Shown: one piece after another, positions 49,931-58,299 of the stretch
Numbering within the stretch: position 1 is the stretch's first letter
How the letters are laid out: every line of letters starts with the position of its first letter
Assembly (NCBI GenBank): GCA_011364975.1
Contig: RDOE01000008.1
Coordinates: 1 to 63,703 of the forward strand
Reading direction: 5' to 3'
DNA: 63,703 bases
Source of the DNA: Promethearchaeota archaeon
GTDB taxonomy: Archaea > Asgardarchaeota > Lokiarchaeia > Sigyniarchaeales > SOKP01
The notes under the pieces: generated by a model
Seen by the model: the letters and a program-made list of their open reading frames with translations, nothing else
Told to the model about the DNA's origin: nothing
The model's database searches: none
Made by a program: the position numbers and the translations under genes

Positions 49931-50131
49931 CTCTTTTTTTGATTTATAGCTATTATTAAAATAATCTACGATTATATTGATAGTTTTTATTATTATTTTT
50001 TTTTGATTTTCTCCAACCTGCTTTTTCATATCTTCAAGGAATTTAATAACGTTATCAGCATCTCTCACCTTACGGATATGATCAGAACCCTTTTTATTTA
50101 ACGACCCTCCCCACGCCATATTGCTTATCAC
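49925..50131 (-). CDS. small hypothetical protein
   Basis: 68-aa ORF immediately downstream of and co-oriented with the flavodoxin gene. Confidence 0.5.
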   Translation of the reverse strand: MISNMAWGGSLNKKGSDHIRKVRDADNVIKFLEDMKKQVGENQKKIIIKTINIIVDYFNNSYKSKKEL

Positions 50132-50140
50132 AATGAATTA

Positions 50141-51532
50141 TTATTTATTTGGGCTCTCTAATAACTTCTTAAATGGGCGTAAAAATTCTTGTTTAAGATC
50201 CATTCTATTCCTCACTTTATCAATTTTCATTAAAGGAATGAGTTTCTCGTTTAATTTCTTAGCGCGCTCATCATTTTGAGGAAATGTATTATAAACTCCA
50301 TGACTTTCATAATATTCATGATCTGCTAAAAATACAAAACGGTTTCTTCCGTAAACATCGTCTCTAAATACTTTCATGGCGGCTTCTCCCAAAAATGTCC
50401 TTGGTTTAATAAAATTTGCTAAAGAATATTCAACCGCTAATTTTCCAAAATTATATAGTAATCCATCGATCTCCTCAGATGTCCCAAATTCATCCGTTAT
50501 AAACCCCAAAAAATTTGAATCTTGATACTCAACATGGGCTTGCAAAATTTCTCTAAGATTTGGAATTTGACTTAGCGGTCCTGAAATTATGTAACCAAGC
50601 TGTTTATCAATAATTGTAGGGGTATGATTGTTGAAAAAAGCTCGATCATATACTAATTTCCATCGTGAAGATAAAAATCTATCTTGAATATTTCCCGCAA
50701 ATATTAAAATATCTGCTAGCATAACTTTCTTGGTCCAAAAATCTGTAAATTCATCTTTATCTTTATATATACATTCATGATTGTAACCACATTTAGTGCA
50801 TCCAATACACGGACCTACTATATCAATCTCATTAATGTTAATAAGTTCAATATTATCTAAAAATGATTTTTTAAAAGTATTTACCATTCGTCCCAAGTTA
50901 GTTAAATTATTCGTATCTTCAGATAAAACTAATACCTTTTTTCCCCTAGTGTCAATCTTATCAGATTCGTTAACTAATTGTTTAGGTTCATAATGAAATT
51001 CTCTATTTGTTAACGATTGATGATATATAGAGGTAGGTTGATTAGTATTAATCATGTTAATAAACTTTTCAAAGAAAAAAAGCCAATTTTTTCTTCTATC
51101 TGGATATAGCAAATCCCAACTATCTGCTGCAAAAAATCCAAAATATTTCATTTTAAGATCATCGCATATCCCATGAATATAATTTTGAGCAGTATGGTCA
51201 TAAAAATGAATAGATGTGGAAAGAACTGTAGTATATTTCCCATTGAATAATTCTTCAAATCCTCGGTCAAATATTAATTCAATAAATCGTTTGTACTGAG
51301 AGCAAACTAACATTACATAAACGGGGAAACCCCAAACTATTCCATCTGCATTTTTTAATTCCTGAATAACTTCTAACAATTTTTCTTGTTTGGTTTCTAA
51401 TTTATTAATCATTTGAGCAACATTTAATATGACATATTCATGTTCAGGATGCTTCTTTTTAATATACAAAATATATTGCATTGTTACACTTTCATTACCT
51501 TTAGGGCTTCCATTTAAGATGACAAATTTCAT
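50141..51532 (-). CDS. tandem flavodoxin-like / iron-sulfur flavoprotein
   Basis: NGSPKG and FPVY in the first domain; CIGCTKC....C in the second. Confidence 0.85.
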   Translation of the reverse strand: MKFVILNGSPKGNESVTMQYILYIKKKHPEHEYVILNVAQMINKLETKQEKLLEVIQELKNADGIVWGFPVYVMLVCSQYKRFIELIFDRGFEELFNGKYTTVLSTSIHFYDHTAQNYIHGICDDLKMKYFGFFAADSWDLLYPDRRKNWLFFFEKFINMINTNQPTSIYHQSLTNREFHYEPKQLVNESDKIDTRGKKVLVLSEDTNNLTNLGRMVNTFKKSFLDNIELININEIDIVGPCIGCTKCGYNHECIYKDKDEFTDFWTKKVMLADILIFAGNIQDRFLSSRWKLVYDRAFFNNHTPTIIDKQLGYIISGPLSQIPNLREILQAHVEYQDSNFLGFITDEFGTSEEIDGLLYNFGKLAVEYSLANFIKPRTFLGEAAMKVFRDDVYGRNRFVFLADHEYYESHGVYNTFPQNDERAKKLNEKLIPLMKIDKVRNRMDLKQEFLRPFKKLLESPNK

Positions 51533-51724
51533 AATTAAGAAAATCGATATTTATTTGAGATATATTATATTACAGTAAATACTATTTAAGATTTTAAGGT
51601 TAATTTTTGACACTTTCATAAATCTGATTTATCAGATTTAAAATAAAAAAGTTTTAATATAAAAATCCGCTATAATCTTTTTGAATATGATAATTTTGTT
51701 AATAATAATGAGGTAATTAATAAT

Positions 51725-52138
51725 TTGACCCTGAAAATTTATGAATATAACGAACTTGAAGGCAACGTACTTAAGGTAAAGAAAGAATTTAAGAAGAAAG
51801 GTAAGGAATATGGTATCTTTACCATATCTAAAGAAGAAGTGAAGGTTTTAATGGATGGAATTGAACTTATGTCTTCTTCATACAATATTTCTCCAAAATT
51901 CAGTGAGAAATTAGAGCGATATCTTCATCCTCGATTTAATGAAATATTAGGTATCGTCTCTATGAGCAAAACGATGTCTGATCAGATTAGTATAGAAATG
52001 GCAAAAGAAAATCAGAAAGAATTATTATCCGGATTTAGTTTACCCTCCGTTTCAGCAAAATTGAAACTGGGAAAAGTGGATGTTGATCAGTTACTAAAAA
52101 AAATAAAAGATATGAAAACTGTAAAATTTAAAGAATAA
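51725..52138 (+). CDS. hypothetical protein
   Basis: 137-aa ORF with gaggt upstream; no recognisable motif. Confidence 0.65.
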   Translation: MTLKIYEYNELEGNVLKVKKEFKKKGKEYGIFTISKEEVKVLMDGIELMSSSYNISPKFSEKLERYLHPRFNEILGIVSMSKTMSDQISIEMAKENQKELLSGFSLPSVSAKLKLGKVDVDQLLKKIKDMKTVKFKE

Positions 52139-52209
52139 GATGAAATAAATATATTTTTATTATTCTTTTTCTTCCCGATTTAATCTTTTTTAATAATATG
52201 TTGGATATT

Positions 52210-52315
52210 TATATGAGCTTTTAGGCTTCAATACCCTCTAAAGATTTAAAAATAGCTGATTTCACATCTTCTTTAAAGATTCTCTGAGAACTACTTTTGT
52301 TCAAAAGCTCATATA
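52210..52315. repeat. 13-bp perfect inverted repeat with 80-nt spacer between convergent genes
   Basis: tatatgagctttt (52210-52222) and aaaagctcatata (52303-52315). Confidence 0.6.
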
Positions 52316-52407
52316 GGAGTAATTAATGCTATAAAATTAAAAAAAAGTTAAGCTTTCGAATTATTACATAAAGGTATAAAAAATAAAAAATAAAAATCTA
52401 CTTAAAA

Positions 52408-52662
52408 CTATTTCCCTCCTGCTTGGGTCGCCATAACTGTAATTACATCCTTTTTTGGATGAATTCCAATTTTTGCAAATTTTAAGTCATCAGGTAAAAC
52501 CTTTCCTTTAAATATGAATTGGATAGCTAAAATGGGATTTAACTTATACTCTCTTTGAACTGATTTCTTAATTTCTGCTATTGATTGATTAGGATCCACT
52601 TCAATTAATTTAATGGCTTGGTCTGGAGGTACTCCTGTAAGTCTAAATCTATATTGAGTCAA
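52408..52662 (-). CDS. ubiquitin-like protein (eukaryote-type beta-grasp) ending GG-K
   Basis: EVDPNQSIAEIKK and QFIFKGKVLPDD match ubiquitin EVEPSDTIENVKA and RLIFAGKQLEDG; C-terminal AGGK. Confidence 0.88.
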   Translation of the reverse strand: MTQYRFRLTGVPPDQAIKLIEVDPNQSIAEIKKSVQREYKLNPILAIQFIFKGKVLPDDLKFAKIGIHPKKDVITVMATQAGGK

Positions 52663-52799
52663 CTTTTATCACTTACATAATTGTTTACATATATATTGCA
52701 CAAAATTTTACTTAAATTCTCTGGTATTTTTTTATAGACTATAGTATATTGGTAACTATAATTAATCACAATTAATTCTTCATAATCGAATATCTGATT

Positions 52800-52997
52800 T
52801 TAAAATTTGAACGGTTCGGGGGGAGATCCTGGAGATCCTGGAGGTATTGGGGGTCTAAAAGGTTCTGGTTGAGGTAATGGTTTTATTGGAATTTTACCCA
52901 TCCTTTCTTCGATATAAGAGAGTCTCTTTTCTATTCTATCTAGTCTCCTCTCCATTTGATTTATCCGTTCTATCAAATTTGGGTTTTCTATTGACAT
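52800..52997 (-). CDS. small coiled-coil protein with proline-rich tail
   Basis: RINQME-RRLDRIE-KRLSYIE heptads then PIKPLPQPEPFRPPIPPGSPGSPPEP; ggag upstream. Confidence 0.7.
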   Translation of the reverse strand: MSIENPNLIERINQMERRLDRIEKRLSYIEERMGKIPIKPLPQPEPFRPPIPPGSPGSPPEPFKF

Positions 52998-53277
52998 TTT
53001 TCTCCATTAATTTATTTTAGTAATTCAAATTTAAGTTAATATAAAATTAAAAAATTGAGTTTTGTTATCACTCGAATATTATGTTAATGCTTAGAAATAT
53101 ATATTTAACTCAATTGATTTTTGATTCAATAATTAATTATAAATTGAAAATCTAACATTTATACACCACTTTTATAGAGATATACTAAATTCAAGGTAAG
53201 TTGTATTTCAAATAAAATTTGGTTTTAGTATAACGAAAAAGTATATCTTTATATAATTGGACTAATATTTTTTTGAT

Positions 53278-54375
53278 ATGGAAAGTTGGAATATTTCAAA
53301 TAAGTTGAAGAATGATCTGTTAAAGAAAGCGAGTAATATTGAGGATAATAGTAGAAGAATATTATTTATTCTTCGAAACTTAGGCCCTCAGAGATTTACT
53401 AATTTAATTAAATTTTCCAATCTAAGTAGGTCTACAGTTTCCAAATATCTAAATTTTCACACTAAAAATAAAAACGTGGAACAAAGATTAATTACAGATG
53501 GTCAAAGTAACAAAAAGTATCGTTGTTATGTTATTACTGAAAAAGGAATGGAAAAACTTGGAGAAGAACCTTTAAGATTAAAAGATGAGTTATACTTAAT
53601 CAATGAGTTAAAAGAGAATGTCAGGAAGCTTGAGAATTTAATAGATTTTTACAAAGAGATAAGTGTGGAAGATCCCTTTATAATTCATATTATTAGAATT
53701 ATCTCAAAAATAGGAGATAATTTTTTTAAATTGCAGCAGGACAGAGATTTATATCTCTCGCTTTTTTATATTTTTTACAATTCCATCCTTGGACAAGGTG
53801 CTTTCGCAAGAAAATATTGGCATCTTGATGATTCAAGTTCTGATCAGTTTAAAGGTTATAAGCTTAATTTAGATCAATTCTGTGAGGTGTATAAAGTTGC
53901 AATTGAGGCAATTAATTATTTAGCGCGATTTAAACTACTTAAAAGTGAATTTGGATTTTATTTAATTAAACGTGAAAATAATGATTTTTACTTTCATGAA
54001 GAAGATTTGCTTGGAACAACAACTTTAAGACTTATTAAGGATAGATTAATTGATGAGATCATTAATTTACAGGAAGGAATTTACGAAATGATATATGATT
54101 TGGATATAATGTCTCATGAAATAGCCGACCAATTAAAGGAGATGGGGTTAATCTGGGACGCTATTAAAGATCAATTTCAATTATTAATTTTAAATTTAAT
54201 TGTAAAAAGTGCTATAGAAATGGGTTTTCTTGACATTGAGAGAGAAAAGTTAATGGAAGGAGTTGCACAATCAAAAATGTTAACATTTTCAGAAGAAGGG
54301 GTAATTTTAAAAGAAATTATTCTAAATGGGGCAAAATCTGAAATAAATTTAAACATTCTTACTTTAATTGAATGA
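53278..54375 (+). CDS. winged-helix DNA-binding protein with large C-terminal domain
   Basis: ILFILRNLGPQRFTNLIKFSNLSRSTVSKYL...YVITEKG. Confidence 0.75.
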   Translation: MESWNISNKLKNDLLKKASNIEDNSRRILFILRNLGPQRFTNLIKFSNLSRSTVSKYLNFHTKNKNVEQRLITDGQSNKKYRCYVITEKGMEKLGEEPLRLKDELYLINELKENVRKLENLIDFYKEISVEDPFIIHIIRIISKIGDNFFKLQQDRDLYLSLFYIFYNSILGQGAFARKYWHLDDSSSDQFKGYKLNLDQFCEVYKVAIEAINYLARFKLLKSEFGFYLIKRENNDFYFHEEDLLGTTTLRLIKDRLIDEIINLQEGIYEMIYDLDIMSHEIADQLKEMGLIWDAIKDQFQLLILNLIVKSAIEMGFLDIEREKLMEGVAQSKMLTFSEEGVILKEIILNGAKSEINLNILTLIE

Positions 54376-54508
54376 TTGCTTTTTTTGAAATCTATCAGAC
54401 TGTTTAATTTTAAAAACAAAAAAAACCGTTATTTTAAACACCAAAATTTAATAATAATTGGATAAAAAATCCCGGATTCATTAAATCATATATTAATTCA
54501 ATTTTGAA

Positions 54509-55987
54509 ATGCCAGTAAATCCCCCAAAATCAAATGAATTTATTATAAATAACTATATCACCTTAAAATTAGAAGGTGGGAAAACAGTAATTTACGTAAA
54601 CAATAGACCTTTTAGACAGTGTATGTATTTATTGATAAATATTCCTACGGATCGTATTAGAGAATATGATCAGATTAGATCAATCGATGAAGCGGCTACA
54701 TATCTCAATCGAAAAATGGAGAGAAATCATAATTTAATTCCACCTCAAACTGAGTTTTGGGGACATTGCTCTAATTTACAAGCTTGGGCTGATAATGATT
54801 ACGATACTCGAATTCTTCATCGCAATTTAGCATTTCCTTTATTAAAGGCTCTTTCGGATGTAGGAGATCCCTTAGCTATAAAAAAGTTTAAAGAGGAAAT
54901 TGCTTTAAGATATGCGACTGGCCATCCAACTGTTGTAAGATTTTTAACTCAAAATGGGTATTTAAACTACTTAACTGAGGAAGAATTTGAAAGTATGCTC
55001 ATCGATCTTGATTTCCCTAGTGTTGATGAATATGTGAGAAAAGTAAACGCTTATTTAAATGATTATACTAATCCTGAATCTGTAAAACAAACCAAATCAT
55101 CAACCGCTAAGTTCCTTCAAGATTTTCGATTTTCATACAAATATTTGCTGTTAATAAAAGCGATGGAAAAAATTCCTAATAACTTAAAACATAAATATGT
55201 TGAAATTGTGTATGAGAAGTACAAAAAAAATCGTAATTTTCCATTGCTGAAATTTTTAGATAAAACTCAAATCAATTATGAAAATTTGGCTATAAAAACA
55301 GTTAATTTTCAAAATAAAGTTATTGGACTTTTATTAAATAATAGACTAAATTTACGCAATTGTATGATTGATGATATTACTAAAATTAGAAATTTAGATG
55401 ATTTATCAAAAGAAATCGAGGAAATTGATTTAAGTTATAATAGAATTACTAAAATCGATGGAATTGATCAGCTCGAAAATTTGAAAAAATTAGATTTAAA
55501 AAATAATTATATCTCAAAGATTGAAGGGATAGAAAAGCTAAATAAATTAGAATTATTAGACCTTTCAGGAAATATTAATATAACTGAAATACCCGAAATC
55601 TTAAATGATTTAGAATCTCTAAAATTAGTTAAGTTAACTCAATGTAAAATTAATAAATTTAGTGAATCAGTGTCAAAGTTTTTTTGGATGGGACAAAATT
55701 TTCGATATTATACAAACTATACACCTGAAGATATTACCTATTATGAAAAGACTCATAGCTCCAAAGCCTGTATAAATACTAAACTGTACAAGAATTTTGT
55801 TAAATGGCTTTTTAAATTACGTAATTTAATGAAAAAACACAATTTTTCTTATGAAGATATCAACACTTATGAAAATAAAAATAGTATTAATGCAGTATGG
55901 TCGGGAAATCCTACAAGAAATTTTTTAAGGTTTCTTGAGGATAAAAAGCAGTTAAGAATTACTTATTTTTTAGGAAATAATCCGTAA
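54509..55987 (+). CDS. Lokiarchaeal-type leucine-rich repeat protein
   Basis: Conserved N-domain (FWGHCSNLQAW, LHRNLAFPLLK, FKEEIA.R) and LRRs IDLSYNRITKI, LDLKNNYISKI, LDLSGN. Confidence 0.88.
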   Translation: MPVNPPKSNEFIINNYITLKLEGGKTVIYVNNRPFRQCMYLLINIPTDRIREYDQIRSIDEAATYLNRKMERNHNLIPPQTEFWGHCSNLQAWADNDYDTRILHRNLAFPLLKALSDVGDPLAIKKFKEEIALRYATGHPTVVRFLTQNGYLNYLTEEEFESMLIDLDFPSVDEYVRKVNAYLNDYTNPESVKQTKSSTAKFLQDFRFSYKYLLLIKAMEKIPNNLKHKYVEIVYEKYKKNRNFPLLKFLDKTQINYENLAIKTVNFQNKVIGLLLNNRLNLRNCMIDDITKIRNLDDLSKEIEEIDLSYNRITKIDGIDQLENLKKLDLKNNYISKIEGIEKLNKLELLDLSGNINITEIPEILNDLESLKLVKLTQCKINKFSESVSKFFWMGQNFRYYTNYTPEDITYYEKTHSSKACINTKLYKNFVKWLFKLRNLMKKHNFSYEDINTYENKNSINAVWSGNPTRNFLRFLEDKKQLRITYFLGNNP

Positions 55988-55994
55988 GAGTTTA

Positions 55995-56957
55995 TCAGGA
56001 AAAATCGAGCATTTTTTGTATTGGTTTGTACGCTCTTTTTGCTATATCTGGAGCTACTTTTATTTCAAAGTTTTTATCCTCAGGATTTTCCAAGAGATAT
56101 TTAATCAATTCTAAATTGTGTTTTTTCATATTGTAGCAGATAAGCTTTTCCTTAGCTAATATGAATTGTTTTTTTGGAAAATCAATCCTCATTCTCTCTA
56201 ATAATCCAATTTCCGTTCCGATGATAAAACTATTTTCCTGATGTGGACTTCTTTTAACATAATTATACATTTGAGCAGTTGACCCAACAAAATCTGCTAA
56301 ATTTCTTACTTCTCTTTTACATTCTGGATGAACTAGAAGTTTTGCTTTAGGATATTCCATCTTAATGTTTTCGATATCCTCAACCGTTATTTGTGAATGA
56401 ACATAGCAATTACCGTTAGGAGGCATTTTTATTGTTTTTATTCCAGATTTTTGTTCAGCATAATCTGCTAAATGGGCATCAGGACCAAACAAAACTTGAT
56501 CTGTTCCTAAAGTTTTACTCATTTTTTCTACTATTCGAACTGCATTCGATGATGTACAACATATATCTGACTCCGCTTTCACAGCAGCAGTGGAATTAAC
56601 ATATACAATTGCAGGAATTCCTGGGTATTTTTCTTTATATTCTTTAACCATTTCTGCCGTTAAATATGCAGCCATAGGACAGCATGATTCATAATTTGGG
56701 ATCAAAATATGTTTATCTTGATTTAGAATAGATGCTGTTTCTGCCATAAAATCAACACCAGCAAAAATTATATATTGGGTATTAACTTTTTCTTTTGCAA
56801 GCCTAGATAACCCTAAGGAATCTCCAAGATAATCTGCAACTTCTTGGATTTGAATTGGTTGATAATAATGCGCTAATATGGTAATATCCTTATTCCTTTT
56901 CAATTTAATAATTTCTTTTTGAAGTATAATTTCAGACATAAAATTCAAATTGATCAA
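55995..56957 (-). CDS. nadA: quinolinate synthase A
   Basis: LAHYYQ, GDSL, FMAETA, CPMA, YVNS, CTSSNA, CYVH, HPEC, GTE, C..MK. Confidence 0.96.
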   Translation of the reverse strand: MINLNFMSEIILQKEIIKLKRNKDITILAHYYQPIQIQEVADYLGDSLGLSRLAKEKVNTQYIIFAGVDFMAETASILNQDKHILIPNYESCCPMAAYLTAEMVKEYKEKYPGIPAIVYVNSTAAVKAESDICCTSSNAVRIVEKMSKTLGTDQVLFGPDAHLADYAEQKSGIKTIKMPPNGNCYVHSQITVEDIENIKMEYPKAKLLVHPECKREVRNLADFVGSTAQMYNYVKRSPHQENSFIIGTEIGLLERMRIDFPKKQFILAKEKLICYNMKKHNLELIKYLLENPEDKNFEIKVAPDIAKRAYKPIQKMLDFS

Positions 56958-58175
56958 TTATATTAACTTATATTTTTCTGCAATCTCCAAAAATGCAGAA
57001 GTAAAATGATTAATTTGTTCCCATGTAAGTCCAAAAGTGTTAAATTTTAATTCTTTTGAGATACCTGGGGAAAAGCCTATTATCCCGCGTTCTTTAAATT
57101 CATCTCGTATAAAAAAACCCTTTCTGGGGTGTCTCTCTGCTATTTCTGCAAAACAATCTGTTTTTATATTAGTAAGAGGGTGAATCTTTGGTTGCTTTCC
57201 TAATACGGTTATACCCTTAACATTTTTGATATGTTGTATCACATGGTTAACTTTCCTTGATTCTTCTTCAACCATTTCTTTTTGGGTTCTTTTAACAATC
57301 GAAGGAAAACTTGCCATCATTGTTATTAAAGGAGCACCATAAACCGGTGGGCATCCCAATAAGGTACAAATCTTATTTGGAAACGATTTTGATGACAAAT
57401 TTCCTTGAATCTCTGAATTAACCATAATAACATCAAAGAAATCATCTTTGAATCCAAGAAGTCCGATTGGACCGGAAGCTGCCATCGATTTGTGCCCACT
57501 GCAAGAAATGAAATCAACGTTATTTGTTTTACAATCTATTGGTAAAATTCCTGCAGAATAGGCTGCATTTAGCATATATGGAACATCAAATTTTTCACAA
57601 ATTTCACCAATAGGTTTAGGATCATTAAAATTGCCATACTTATAATCCACATGAGTTAAAATTACTAATAAGGGTTTCTCATTCTCTTCTTTAATTACGT
57701 TCTTTATTACATTCTCATATTCTTGGGGATCAATTTCAAAATCTGGAAATCCTTTATTCGGAATTTCTTGTATTTTTAAATTGTTTATCTCAGCTGCTAA
57801 ATATGTGGTATAATGAGCAAGACTATCAATTATAACTGTTTTTCTTTTAGGAAATTTTTTTCCTAATGATTGCATAACTATTCTTTTTGAATCTCTTGCT
57901 GCGGCAGTGGGAATTATATTATCTATGTTTAAAAATGTTGCTACGTCTTTTAAAAAATCGACTACTGGAGGGTTTTCTATTTGATCTATCCTTCCTTTTA
58001 AGCAATTATCACATAAACTATATCCATCTCCATAAGAAATTAAAGCTTTATATGCTTCAGGTGTTAAAATACCTCCTCTTTGAAGAGGATGGATGTTAAT
58101 ATATTCTTCATTGACCGATCGAGTTAAGTGACTATACTTTTCTACAAGTTCCTTATTATAAGAGAAATTTCCCAT
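56958..58175 (-). CDS. pscS: O-phosphoseryl-tRNA:Cys-tRNA synthase (SepCysS)
   Basis: INIHPLQRGGILT, GDGYSLCDNC..GR, AHYTT, NAAYS, SGHKSMAASGPIG, LGC. Confidence 0.93.
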   Translation of the reverse strand: MGNFSYNKELVEKYSHLTRSVNEEYINIHPLQRGGILTPEAYKALISYGDGYSLCDNCLKGRIDQIENPPVVDFLKDVATFLNIDNIIPTAAARDSKRIVMQSLGKKFPKRKTVIIDSLAHYTTYLAAEINNLKIQEIPNKGFPDFEIDPQEYENVIKNVIKEENEKPLLVILTHVDYKYGNFNDPKPIGEICEKFDVPYMLNAAYSAGILPIDCKTNNVDFISCSGHKSMAASGPIGLLGFKDDFFDVIMVNSEIQGNLSSKSFPNKICTLLGCPPVYGAPLITMMASFPSIVKRTQKEMVEEESRKVNHVIQHIKNVKGITVLGKQPKIHPLTNIKTDCFAEIAERHPRKGFFIRDEFKERGIIGFSPGISKELKFNTFGLTWEQINHFTSAFLEIAEKYKLI

Positions 58176-58299
58176 TTTTTTTAGGATAATGCGACTTATT
58201 CTATTAGAATTAGTTAATACAATTATATAAAAATAGTTTACACTTTCAAAAAGTTAAAAAATCTTTTAGAATTCTTTACATCTTAAAAATTGTTTAATA

